From contig CBDANS010000006.1 of assembly GCA_965197745.1 (NCBI GenBank), positions 1,440,001 to 1,504,000 of the forward strand: DNA of 64,000 nucleotides, given 5' to 3'. The translations under genes and the position numbers were made by a program. How positions within the stretch are numbered: position 1 is the first letter of the stretch; every line of letters starts with the position of its first letter. Positions 1 to 9,836 of the stretch are shown here, piece after piece. Source of the DNA: Opitutales bacterium. GTDB lineage: Bacteria > Verrucomicrobiota > Verrucomicrobiia > Opitutales > PNEW01. The notes under the pieces are model-generated. The model ran no database searches. It had not been told where the DNA came from and worked only from the letters and a program-made list of their open reading frames with translations.

Positions 1-1167
1 TTGCGTATCCTGGAAGGCACGGGTGTAGAGGCGGCCATTGAATACGCAGCACTTTTTGATTATAACCATCTGCCTGCTGATGAATGGTTGGAACTGGCTG
101 TTAATCAATTGCATTTAGATTCAGTGAGTGCGGTAAAGACGCTTGGGCAGACTTGTCATATCGACCACGCATTCCCGGCAACACTTTACCTGCTTCTCAA
201 GCATGGAGAAAATTTTGAAACAACACTTATTGAGAATGTAATGTGTGGTGGAGATTCAGCAGCCCGCGGCTTAATCCTGGGTATGGTATTGGGAGCTAAA
301 TACGGAATTGAGAGCATCCCAAAAAACTGGCTGAAAGAACTAAACGCCTTTGCCCCTATTGATGAGTATTTTAAAAAAATATACCCTGAAAAAGACGGTG
401 ATCAAACTGTCGTTCAGGGGGGAAAAGTTTCTTTTGTTAATGATGATGGGTTTGAACTCGCAGCGCGTATGGAACATCCCACCGAATCACCTAAAGCGTA
501 CGCACTGTTTGCTCATTGCTTTACCTGTTCCAAGGAGATCGCGGCTGCCAGCCGAATCAGCCGCGCTCTTGCCAAAAAAGGAATTGCAGTTTTGCGTTTC
601 GACTTTACCGGATTGGGCAGCAGCGATGGGGACTTCGCCAACACGAACTTTTCGTCAAATATTCAGGATTTAATCAGCGCGGCTGATTTTCTGCGAAATA
701 ATTTTACTGCGCCACTGCTACTCATAGGACACAGCCTCGGTGGGACGGCTGTGTTAGCAGCAGGAACGCTCATTCCCGAAGTAAAAGGAATTGCGACAAT
801 AGGGGCACCCTTCGATCCCGTTCATGTCAGTCATCTTTTTAAAGGAAACATTGAAAAAGTTAAAACTAAAGGCGAAGCAACCGTTCTTTTAGCAGGCCGA
901 GAGTTTCGTGTAAAAAAACAATTCTTCGATGATCTCGAAAACCAGAGCGTGCTGAATATTCTGCGTGAAACGCGAAAACACGTTCTTATTATGCATTCTC
1001 CCAGCGATGAAACGGTTGGAATTGATAACGCACGCCATATTTATGAGGCAGCCAGGCATCCAAAGAGTTTTATCTCCCTCGACGGTGCTGATCATCTCTT
1101 AACCCAAAGGAGAGACTCGACTTTCGTCGCAGAAATGATCGCTGCCTGGAGCACCCGGTTTGTCTAG
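1..1167 (+). CDS. 5'-partial fusion: ADP-ribosylglycohydrolase C-terminal region + alpha/beta hydrolase (OsmC-associated type, without OsmC domain)
   Basis: N-part [32 protein letters not shown] resembles the ARH/DraG C-terminus. C-part has [16 protein letters not shown], nucleophile elbow GHSLGG and LDGADHLL. Confidence 0.7.
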   Translation: MRILEGTGVEAAIEYAALFDYNHLPADEWLELAVNQLHLDSVSAVKTLGQTCHIDHAFPATLYLLLKHGENFETTLIENVMCGGDSAARGLILGMVLGAKYGIESIPKNWLKELNAFAPIDEYFKKIYPEKDGDQTVVQGGKVSFVNDDGFELAARMEHPTESPKAYALFAHCFTCSKEIAAASRISRALAKKGIAVLRFDFTGLGSSDGDFANTNFSSNIQDLISAADFLRNNFTAPLLLIGHSLGGTAVLAAGTLIPEVKGIATIGAPFDPVHVSHLFKGNIEKVKTKGEATVLLAGREFRVKKQFFDDLENQSVLNILRETRKHVLIMHSPSDETVGIDNARHIYEAARHPKSFISLDGADHLLTQRRDSTFVAEMIAAWSTRFV

Positions 1168-1178
1168 GTGGGGTGAAG

Positions 1179-1247
1179 GGTTTCCTTCGGCTTCGCTCAG
1201 GACAGGCAGGGTTCGGTGGTTTCCTTCGACTACGCTCAGGACGGGCA
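1179..1247 (+). repeat. Two tandem REP-like units GGTTTCCTTCGrCTwCGCTCAGGACrGGCA
   Basis: Copies at 1179-1208 and 1218-1247. Reverse-orientation relatives at about 14885-14912 and 16271-16296. Confidence 0.7.
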
Positions 1248-1383
1248 TGGGTTCGGGGTTCAGGGTTCAGGTAAAATGCCGATAGTTAGATGTGAACAGT
1301 AAACAGTAAACGGTGAACAGCTGAAGAGAGGAAGAGTGGAAGTATGGAATGATGGATGACAGGAAAAATAAATATATTATAAT

Positions 1384-1502
1384 AACCCTGAACCCTGAAC
1401 CCTGAACCCTGAACCCTGAACCCTGAACCCTGAACCCTGAACCCTGAACCCTGAACCCTGAACCCTGAACCCTGAACCCTGAACCCTGAACCCTGAACCC
1501 TG
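1384..1502. repeat. (AACCCTG)17 heptamer tandem repeat
   Basis: 17 perfect copies counted, followed by degenerate AACCTCTG. Confidence 0.97.
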
Positions 1503-1516
1503 AACCTCTGAACCTC

Positions 1517-2236
1517 CTACTCCTCCGCTTTCTTAAGAATCGCGGGATCCCAACGGTAATCTTTAAATCCTATGCGAAAGAAGAGGGAGTAAAGAACCGG
1601 GCAGAGGGCCAACGTCAAGATAGTGGAAAAGGCGAGACCGAAAATAATAACGTTAGCCAACGGTCGCCACATCTCTCCTCCCTGGAGAGAGAGCGGAATC
1701 AGCCCAATTACGGTGGTCGTCGCGGTGGTAAGGATGGGGCGCATTCTTGATAGAGCGGTCACCATTATAGCATTGGCGTCATCGATTCCTTTTTTGCGAA
1801 GCGCTTCGATACTGTCGATTATCATGATTGCATTATTGACGATTATACCCATGAGGCTAAGTGCACCGAGCAAGGCCATAAATCCAAATGCAGCATCGGT
1901 AATGAGCAAACCCAGGGCGATGCCGAAAATCGCCGGCACAATAGTAATTCCAATGATGATGGGACGTGTAACCGAATTGAACATGGAGACAAGGGTTAGA
2001 AAAAGTAGACCCATCGCCAAAGGAAAACTGGCCGCGATAGACTCTTGCGCGATGGCACTTTTTTCCTGCTCTCCACCAAATTCATAAAAGAAACCGGTTG
2101 GCCACTCGGGGGTCTCCATCATCGCATCGAGCTTGGGTTGAATTGTGGCTAAAGAGTCAGTCGCGAAATAACCCGGACGGAGATAAGCTTTTATGGTCAT
2201 CGTTCGCTTACCGTTTTCTCTTCGTATATTTGCGGG
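1517..2236 (-). pseudogene. 3' fragment of AcrB/AcrD/AcrF-family RND efflux permease, 5' part removed at IS3 boundary
   Basis: GIIVNNAIMIID, RMRPILTTATTTVIGLIPL and WRPLANVIIFGL motifs. Homology stops at the IS left end (2237); the ORF-track N-terminus is IS-derived. Confidence 0.85.
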
Positions 2237-2301
2237 TGGAGTGACCCCCAAAAATGGTATCATTAACAGAGAGAGGTTATCGGGATAAACAGATAACCTC
2301 A

Positions 2302-2568
2302 ATGAAAAGAAAAAGATATACAACAGAACAGATCATAGCAATACTGCGGCAGCCCGATACGGGCAAAACCGTGCAGGAAGTCTGCCACGGCAACAACCTA
2401 AGTGAACAGACCTTCTATCGCTGGGGCAAAAAGTATGGCAACTTGGAGCTGGCTGATGCGAAGCGATTTAAAGAGCTGGAAAAGGAGAATACGGAGCTGA
2501 AGAAGATGCTCGCTGATCAAATGCTCAAGCTTCGGGTGTTGGAGGAAACGCTCTCAAAAAAATGGTGA
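2302..2568 (+). CDS. IS3 transposase OrfA (HTH)
   Basis: MKRKRYTTEQIIAIL...SEQTFYRW...ELEKENTELKKMLAD is a typical IS3/IS407-like OrfA. Confidence 0.9.
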   Translation: MKRKRYTTEQIIAILRQPDTGKTVQEVCHGNNLSEQTFYRWGKKYGNLELADAKRFKELEKENTELKKMLADQMLKLRVLEETLSKKW

Positions 2569-3481
2569 GCCCAAAGCAGAAGAAGCGAGCAGTAAAAGAT
2601 GCGGCTGAGAAGGGGCTGTGCTCGTTTTAGAGGGCTTGTGCTTATCTCAGCCTCAGTTGGTCAACGTACAGCTACCGACCCAAGCAGGCCAGTAAGAAGG
2701 CTCAGCAATTGGCCGAGCGGATTTTGACCTTGTCCTGGGAACATCCCCGTTACGGTTACCGGCGCATTCGTGCCTTGCTGGTGAAAGAAGGTTGGGCGGC
2801 AAGCAGGAAATTTGTACAGGCAGTGCGACGTTCTTCGGGCTTACAGGTAAAGCCCCCGAAAAAGCGTAGACACCGTCAGGGGATCTCTACTGGGCTCCCT
2901 ACTAAAGCAACCGGTCGCAATCACGTCTGGTCCTGGGACTTTGTCCATGATCGTACAGACAATGGCGGTATGCTAAAGATGATGACCTTGATCGATGTAC
3001 CGAGGAGCTGAAAGCGACGACACTCAAGCGAAGCGAAGACATATACGCGTAAATGTTTACGCATCCGGGTAGCTCGACAGCTCACCTCAACCGATGTTCT
3101 CTCGGTACTCAGCGAAACCATCGATGAAGAGGGAGTTCCTAGCTATATCCGCAGTGACAACGGCAGTGTTCCGAGGAGCGAAGCGACGACATGCGAAGCC
3201 ATTCATTGCTCATCAGGTGCAGCAGTGGTTGTCCGACAAAAAGATCAAGGCGATATATATCGATCCGGGCAGTCCCTGGCAAAACGGTTTCATCGAATCG
3301 TTCCATGCCCGTTTTCGTGAGGAGTGTTTAAACCGTGAACAGCTATGGACTTTAACCGAAGCACGTGTAGTGATCGAGGATTGGCGCCAGACCTATAACC
3401 ATGATCATCCCCACAGTCGATTAGGCTTTAAAAGCCCACAAGAGTTTGTCACATTCCTTTCAGATCTTGGCCGCGTTCGGG
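2562..3481 (+). pseudogene. IS3 transposase OrfB (DDE), inactivated
   Basis: YGYRRI, WSWDF, SDNG and PWQNGFIESF motifs. TAG at 2628-2630, in-frame insert with TGA at 2998-3040, frameshifting insert at 3169-3200, and 3' truncation. Confidence 0.9.
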
Positions 3482-4799
3482 TGGTCGGGTTACACAAACT
3501 GGTCCACAGGGAGAGTTAGTCTGGAGAGGTTAATGTTGAAGTTAAGTTGGTAGAGGAAGTCAAGGCTTGGGCGCAATGAGGGCGTAGCCCGAATGGAGCC
3601 CGAGCCTTCGGTATTGAGGTTTTCAGTGAAGTGCCGTGGAGTGATGTTGCCGAGGCTGCGGTGGGGTCGGACATGATTGTAAAGCCAGCGCCAATCTTCG
3701 ATGACCACGCGGGCTTCGGTCAAAGTCCATAGCTGTTCACGGTTTAAACACTCCTCGCGAAAACGGGCATGGAACGATTCAATGTATCCGTTCTGCCAAG
3801 GGCTTGCTGGTTCGATATAGAGGGTTTTGATTTTCATCGCAGTTAGCCAGGCTCTCAATTGGCTTTCAATGAATGGCTTTGCATGTCGTCGCTTCGCTCC
3901 TCGGAACGGAACCGTTGTCGCTACGAATATATTTTGGCGGCCCATGCCGGTCGAGCAGTTTTTGCATGATACCGCGCACCGTTTCCGCATTGATATGGCG
4001 ATCAACATGGATCACCCGGCACTCGCGGGTGTACTCATCGAGCACGGTCAGCATTTTTAGACTGCCGCCGCGAACCGTCTTATCGTGGATAAAATCCCAG
4101 GTCCAAACATGGTCGGGATGTTCGGCCTTTGTCGGTAGCCCGGTGCAGACACCCCTGCGCCGGCGTCTTGGCTTGCGTGGGGGGATCGCCAGACCCAGTT
4201 CACGTCGCAGACCTTGCACGAGACGTTTACCCACCTGCCAGCCTTCGTCCTTCAACAGCTTCGTGATCTTGGGATAGCCCCACCTCGCGTATTGCCGTGA
4301 TAACCGCCTTACTGCCGCTTTTAGTTTCGTTAGCCAGGCATCCGGATGCTTGGCCCTATACGCATAGGTGGAACGGTGCAGCCGAAAGTACCGGCACCCC
4401 GCTCGCATCGAACACTGGCCCCGAGTCACAAGTCTCTCTGCCACTTGCCGCTTGTGCCCAGGGCTTACAGTTTTTTTTCGAGGGTCTCCTGCAGGATCTC
4501 TATCCCCAGCATCTTGTCCGCCAGCATCCGTTTTAACCGCGCGTTCTCCTTCAAAGAGCTCCTTCATCCGCTTGGCCTGGTTGACATCAATCATCCCAAA
4601 CTCACGTTTCCAGCGGTGGAAGGTCTGTTCGCTTATGTTGTTCTCGCGGCATGCTTCCAGGATCGTTTTCCCTTTGTCCGCCTGGCGCAGCATCCGTATT
4701 TTCTCTTCGGTCGTGTATCTTTTGCCTTTCATTGTCTGTGTCCTTTCTAGTTGGACCAGACTAACTTTTCAAGTGGACCAGTTTTCGTGGTCACGACCA
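3482..4799 (-). mobile_element. IS3-family element copy 2 (1318 bp, full length, inactivated)
   Basis: Ends TGGTCGGGTTACACAAACTGGTCCA (3482) and TGGACCAGTTTTCGTGGTCACGACCA (4774-4799) are imperfect IRs. No target duplication visible. Confidence 0.92.
3490..4732 (-). pseudogene. IS3 transposase OrfAB with two frameshifts
   Basis: An extra T after ...MKEL fuses OrfA into the OrfB frame. A 32-nt insert at 3875-3906 after SDNGS shifts the frame. WTWDF, VLDEYTREC and PWQNGYIESF present. Confidence 0.9.
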
Positions 4800-5115
4800 A
4801 TTTAAAGGCTTCCTTTATACTTACGTGTGGTGCCTGACCGCTCAATTGCATCATTGCTAATTCATACTGCGCGTCCGGGTTACCCTTCTCCGCGGCTTTC
4901 CTAAACCACTTAACCGCGAGATAAAAATCCTGGGGAAGATCCTCACCCTTTTTAAAAACAACGCCTAATCGGTATTGGGACGGCGTGTGCCCGGCATCAG
5001 CTTTTCTAACCAGTTCTGCTACGGTCTCATTCTCAGCCAAGAGAAAGGAATGCAAGGTTATCATAAATGATGCTATTACTATGCTCTTTAAAAGTAATAT
5101 TCGCATCCCATCCAT
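4800..5115 (-). pseudogene. Secreted Sel1-repeat protein, 3'-truncated by IS3 copy 2
   Basis: Signal-like N-terminus and Sel1 repeats (AVKWFRKAAEKGNPDAQYELA). Frame runs into the IS end. Confidence 0.8.
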
Positions 5116-5129
5116 TGTTTAGAACTTTT

Positions 5130-7070
5130 CTATTCACCAGTGATCTCTTCCATGGTGACCGTAATCTCCTCACCATCCACATTGACAAAGACCGCATTGA
5201 TGCTCTGTGTCGGCTGAGGCGTGTTATCCGATTTATAATTATTTTGCGAAATTAAGGTCTCAAAGCCAGGCGTCGTCGATCCACTTTCCGCGACCACAAT
5301 CGAAGCTGTATTCGTCTGCTTCAAGTCTCCTCCGGTGATGCGCAATCCCGGGTTGTCAGCCGGTACCGTGAAAGAACCTTTTCCGAACAGTAAATGGGGT
5401 ACCGCATCACCACTGGCATCGATGTCGCCTATGGTTAAGCGTACCGCAATCGGTACCGCTCTGGCATCGACACCGATCTTACCTGTGCTTCCACTAAAGA
5501 CGGTGTTCGACAGCTGCATTCCCCCGATTCCCGTGGAGTTAATCACTTCCACTAATGCCACGTCGGCTTCGGCGTCATAAACCTGACCCTCTGGGAAGAG
5601 AGCCTGGTTCACCGCGTTGACCGATCCCACCGTAAAAATACTGAAGAAGGTACTCGAATCGGCTCCCTCGATAACTACGCTCGGTTTGCCGGTAACGTAC
5701 TCTACATGCTGGTTGTAACGCGGGGGTAAAGCCGGAGGTAAAAAGGTGGCCGGATCCAGGGTAACGGTAAAGTTACCTGCACCTGAATACTCTACTTGGA
5801 CAATGTCCTCGTCTTCGTCCATGAATGAGACCCTGGTGATTTGTCCCGATCTGGCCTGCAGTTGGATCGATTCTCCGGTGAGCAGGACTTGGTGATAGAT
5901 GTTTCCATTGGGATGCTGGATATTTTCCTCCGCAATATCACCTGAACCTTCAAGTACTAAGGGTACTATTTGAGGTAGTTTAATATCCCCTATTGGTGTA
6001 AAACCAAAATCATCGAGAGTTATTCCCTCATAATTTTGTCTCGTTGGTATTTGCGGTCCATTGGTATACGTAATTCTACCAATGCCTGATTGTGATCCCA
6101 ATTCAGTGGCTCTAAAATCGAATAATGGAGGAGGAATAGAAGAAACGATGCCCATATTTTGCGGAATATCGAATATCGAAGTGAGAAGATTGTTATTGGC
6201 GTCAAAGACCTCTATTTCCCCATCTCCCGTTAATAAGGCAGCAGCGTAAAATTGCACTTTTTCCACTGGCGTTTCAAAGGTAATCGTTCCCGTTCTATCA
6301 TTAGCTATATGCCAGGCAAAATATGTTGGATATAATTCTAAGGTGTGATTTAATGCAATAAAAGGAACAAATAAGCGAGAGCCTCCCGTGAAAGTGGCAG
6401 TAATTGGTGATATGCCTAAAGTAAAATTTGCTTGAATATCAGGATTATTTGTTACGTAAAAGAATCCATGAATATCATATCCATTTGCTCCAAAATCATA
6501 AAATACTGTATTGTTGGATGATCCTTCCTTGAGGGTAAATCCAAGATCATCGAGAGCAAATTGCCCAGTAATGTTTTTAATTAAAATATGTCTTATACCG
6601 TATGTAATATTAAGGTCTGAGGTGTCTTGAGGATCCCCGCTAAATGCTATAAAACTTAGTAAGTTTGGGTTCGCACTAGGACTGATGTTCTTAGGAAGAC
6701 CTTTCACCAATCCATTTGGATGCGGGAAATAAGACGGATTTGTTTTAACCTCGATCCTACCCATGCCATTTGTCTCAGCTGCATAGAACTCTAAAAGATT
6801 TATTCCTCTTTCAAACCGGATTATCCCTTGTTGCCCAGGAATTACCACTAATGACCTAGTCCCAGAATGATGAAGCTCAGGATTGCCCGTAGACTCGATT
6901 CTAAAATTGATAAACCTAACCATGTTCGGTGATTCACCTATAATAAAATCACCTTCACCGTAGACATCCTCAAAATCAATGAATGTATCAAGATCTTGAG
7001 GGAGCGCAGAAAGCAATATTGGTAATCCAGTAAATACCAATAAGACCGTGAATTGATCTTTAATATTCAA
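5130..7070 (-). CDS. Large putative secreted protein: two tandem N-terminal beta-rich repeats + C-terminal HPNGNIYxQVLLTG domain
   Basis: 646 aa with signal-like N-terminus. Internal repeats LEFYAA/VQFYAA and LDDLGFT/LDDFGFT. The C-terminal domain recalls Opitutae surface proteins (from memory, unverified). Confidence 0.7.
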   Translation of the reverse strand: MNIKDQFTVLLVFTGLPILLSALPQDLDTFIDFEDVYGEGDFIIGESPNMVRFINFRIESTGNPELHHSGTRSLVVIPGQQGIIRFERGINLLEFYAAETNGMGRIEVKTNPSYFPHPNGLVKGLPKNISPSANPNLLSFIAFSGDPQDTSDLNITYGIRHILIKNITGQFALDDLGFTLKEGSSNNTVFYDFGANGYDIHGFFYVTNNPDIQANFTLGISPITATFTGGSRLFVPFIALNHTLELYPTYFAWHIANDRTGTITFETPVEKVQFYAAALLTGDGEIEVFDANNNLLTSIFDIPQNMGIVSSIPPPLFDFRATELGSQSGIGRITYTNGPQIPTRQNYEGITLDDFGFTPIGDIKLPQIVPLVLEGSGDIAEENIQHPNGNIYHQVLLTGESIQLQARSGQITRVSFMDEDEDIVQVEYSGAGNFTVTLDPATFLPPALPPRYNQHVEYVTGKPSVVIEGADSSTFFSIFTVGSVNAVNQALFPEGQVYDAEADVALVEVINSTGIGGMQLSNTVFSGSTGKIGVDARAVPIAVRLTIGDIDASGDAVPHLLFGKGSFTVPADNPGLRITGGDLKQTNTASIVVAESGSTTPGFETLISQNNYKSDNTPQPTQSINAVFVNVDGEEITVTMEEITGE

Positions 7071-7134
7071 GCTATTATCAACTAACGAAATTTGTGATGT
7101 GCAATTGCCACTCTAAGACAATATCTGATCATCA

Positions 7135-7200
7135 TTATTCAATCGTCACGTCTTTTGCATCCTCGTTAACAAAAGTACCGCTGATGTTTTGTGTGGCTTG
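7135..7200 (-). pseudogene. Relic C-terminus of a paralog of the 5130-7070 protein
   Basis: Translates QATQNISGTFVNEDAKDVTIE*, versus QPTQSINAVFVNVDGEEITVT at the end of the neighbouring gene. Confidence 0.55.
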
Positions 7201-7215
7201 ATTTACCTGTTACTA

Positions 7216-9384
7216 TTAAAAGTTCACAGGTATATGGCTGAAAGTGAATTGCTGATAGACATGGGCATAGGTTGGCCTGCCCCGTTTCATCGGTGGTTCG
7301 AATTTCCATTCTTTAACGGCAGCTAAGGCGGAAATGGAAAACTCATCATTGGTGGCCATCTTTATCCCCGGCGCTTTCACATTACCCGTCGGATCGATGA
7401 AAAACTCCACAATAACTCTACCACTCTTCTCTGCTTTTTTCATGTTTTCTGGAAAAACGGGTAATACACTATTTAGCAGTCTGGGTTCTCGGTCCAACTG
7501 TCCCAGGTTACTGATACTGTCGAAGAACAGGTTGTCTCTTCCAGTTCTCAGTATTGCTTCATCTATGATTTTGATATCGTCACTACTGATACCGATATGT
7601 TCAAAGTTCACTTCTACTTTTACCCGACTGGTATGCGGTGTTCCCTCCACGAGCAGAGGATTAAATTGCCATTTCTTTATCGCTTCAACAGCTGCTTTGC
7701 CAAATTCAGTATGGGAAGCAGCAGAGACGACAAAATCCCGCGACTGTCCCCTCTCATCGACTATCAGAACAACGTTAGCAAAGCCACTGTTTATCCCCAT
7801 ATGGAGAACCGACTCGGGAAAAACAGGTCTTACCTTATTAAATATCTCTAATTTAGAATAAAACTGCTTATCATCCTCTGCCTGATTCTTTTTATATGAC
7901 CGGGTATACGTTTGAGAGGGTTGATTATTTTTCCTATCACTTACGGTTTGTGCAACCTGCAAGGGGCTGAATATTTTATTAAGCGTTGATACCGTGGACT
8001 TCCCAAGAAAAGGATCTGTTTCTAATTTGGATAAAGGTTTCAATGCTTCCAGGTCTTTCGTCTCAGGATCTACCGACTCATCCGAATGGTATAAAGTTGC
8101 GTTTCCAGCTCTAACAGAATTAAATGGAGTTATAAATCTCTCCCCTTCATTACTTGAGTTTAAATTGATAGTGTAGGCGTTCTGTTCATTAGCATTGAAT
8201 TCATCAGGCGCAGCAGCGTATTCGTGTTTTGAGTGGATTTCACTTTCAGGGATTTCGCCCGTGGCATTGATATCTTTTTCTAAACGATCCTCTTCCTGAG
8301 TGCTTGACGCTTCCAAATGGGCCAGGAATCCACTCGCCGAGGTTGCGAGGATAAGAAAGAACACCACTGCTATTACAATCAGCCGGTAATAGAGCCCGTC
8401 GAAGAATCCGTTACCATGGAAGCTCATTATAGACTTTAAACGACTGCCCATTCGCGCGCTGCTCATGCCGGATAGCCCCGGAATTTTTAAGCCAGTACAA
8501 AAATGGGAAACCCGGATTATAGCTTTAGCATAATTCCTACTATCCTTGGATTGGTTCAAAACCTCCTCATCACAGGATTTTTCACTCTCCAAGGTCAGCC
8601 GCTGATTCAACCACCAGATCAGGGGATTAAACCAGAACGCACAGAAAAACAGCATCTGTATAAATCGCCAGAGATTGTCACGCCGCTTGATATGAATCAG
8701 CTCATGCAAGAGAACAGCTTCGAGTTCCTTAGCGCTCAGCTCTTGAACGAGGTTCGCAGGAAAGATCAACCTGGGTGATACTATTCCAATGACGCTGGGT
8801 TCTATATTAGTGTCTGCATAATAACTGCTGATCTGTTTTTTGATTCCGATTTTATCCTTCAACTGGATTATCTTCTCATTCAGTGAGCCGTTTATTGACT
8901 TGATTCTCGATTTTAATTCCAGGCGAAATTGATAGAGTCGATACTGCCATACGCAGAAGATAAGAAGTGAGCCCAGTATCCAGATAACACCCAGGATGTT
9001 TAAGAATGAAATACCGGAGTATGACACCGCTCCCGTCAACGCCCCGGAATTTCCAACAAGTGTTTCCGTTTCATTAAAGGGAATCAGGGGATCAGATAAG
9101 TGAGCATTAACGGGCAGAATTATCGATTCTATATTAAATGCTTCGGTCGTAGAGAGAAAAGACGGCCATATCTTTTTAAACGCCAGGAAAATGAGTGAAG
9201 ATGGAAGGGCAAATTTGATAAGCCCCACCCATCCGATCATATACCTGGTACTTGCAGGTGCTTTCCATAATAGCGTTATAACTAACAATATGAATATGCC
9301 AAATAACGTGGACTGCCAGAGGTGGTTTCCGGTCTCGACCCAAAACGAGAAAGACGGTTTACTGATGATACTTAAGGTGTTCAT
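7216..9384 (-). CDS. BlaR1/MecR1-type peptidase M56 membrane sensor fused to two TonB C-terminal domains
   Basis: HELIHIKRRD zinc motif, FWFNPLIWW, ESEKSCDE; two TonB_C repeats (AAVEAIKKWQFNP, ALAAVKEWKFEP). Confidence 0.9.
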   Translation of the reverse strand: MNTLSIISKPSFSFWVETGNHLWQSTLFGIFILLVITLLWKAPASTRYMIGWVGLIKFALPSSLIFLAFKKIWPSFLSTTEAFNIESIILPVNAHLSDPLIPFNETETLVGNSGALTGAVSYSGISFLNILGVIWILGSLLIFCVWQYRLYQFRLELKSRIKSINGSLNEKIIQLKDKIGIKKQISSYYADTNIEPSVIGIVSPRLIFPANLVQELSAKELEAVLLHELIHIKRRDNLWRFIQMLFFCAFWFNPLIWWLNQRLTLESEKSCDEEVLNQSKDSRNYAKAIIRVSHFCTGLKIPGLSGMSSARMGSRLKSIMSFHGNGFFDGLYYRLIVIAVVFFLILATSASGFLAHLEASSTQEEDRLEKDINATGEIPESEIHSKHEYAAAPDEFNANEQNAYTINLNSSNEGERFITPFNSVRAGNATLYHSDESVDPETKDLEALKPLSKLETDPFLGKSTVSTLNKIFSPLQVAQTVSDRKNNQPSQTYTRSYKKNQAEDDKQFYSKLEIFNKVRPVFPESVLHMGINSGFANVVLIVDERGQSRDFVVSAASHTEFGKAAVEAIKKWQFNPLLVEGTPHTSRVKVEVNFEHIGISSDDIKIIDEAILRTGRDNLFFDSISNLGQLDREPRLLNSVLPVFPENMKKAEKSGRVIVEFFIDPTGNVKAPGIKMATNDEFSISALAAVKEWKFEPPMKRGRPTYAHVYQQFTFSHIPVNF

Positions 9385-9773
9385 TTTCTCCCTTTCTTTG
9401 AAGTCTCTTTAATTACAGTTTCCATATCCTTCAGATCCTTCAAGGTGATCTGTTCCGATTCAATCAGATGAGACATAATGAGCCTCGATGAACCCCTGAG
9501 TATATTCGTCAGATCCTCAATAAAATTACTGATCGCGGATTTACGACTGATTATAGGCTGGAAGATGTGCGCGTTGCCTATTTTTTTGACGCGTTCGACC
9601 GCCCCTTTTTCTTCCAGGCGGTAGACGATGGTCTGGACCGTGGTGTACTCCGGTCGCTTCTGCTTAGGCAAACTCTCCTGAATCTCTCGTATCGAGGCGC
9701 TTTCCAATCTCCAGAGCGGCTCCATCACCTCCAATTCCAGCCGCGTTAATCGGTTACTCTTTGTTCTTTTCAT
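9381..9773 (-). CDS. BlaI/MecI/CopY family transcriptional repressor
   Basis: LTRLELEVMEPLW...YTTVQTIVYRLEEKG; 4-nt ATGA overlap with the M56 gene. Confidence 0.92.
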   Translation of the reverse strand: MKRTKSNRLTRLELEVMEPLWRLESASIREIQESLPKQKRPEYTTVQTIVYRLEEKGAVERVKKIGNAHIFQPIISRKSAISNFIEDLTNILRGSSRLIMSHLIESEQITLKDLKDMETVIKETSKKGRK

Positions 9774-9800
9774 ATAATTTTATTTTAAGTTTTTCACAAA

Positions 9801-9836
9801 ACTATGGATTTAGTATAAAAAACTACAAATTTAGTA
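9801..9836. promoter_or_regulatory. Two putative BlaI-type operator palindromes
   Basis: ACTATGGATTTAGT (9801) and ACTACAAATTTAGT (9822), both ACTA-N6-TAGT. The second is one mismatch from ACTACAnnTGTAGT. Directly upstream of the blaI-like gene. Confidence 0.65.

Larger units (their letters stand above)
2237..3481 (+). mobile_element. IS3-family element copy 1 (degenerate, 3'-truncated by IS3 copy 2)
   Basis: IRL TGGAGTGACCCCCAAAAATGGTATCA resembles the reverse complement of the IRR at 11623-11647. orfA/orfB layout with A7-TGGTGA frameshift window at 2556-2568. Confidence 0.88.

Noticed and set aside
1384..1502. CRISPR array or eukaryotic telomere contamination
   Set aside because: Pure heptamer with no spacers or cas genes. 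It is embedded in bacterial intergenic DNA, with related short copies elsewhere.
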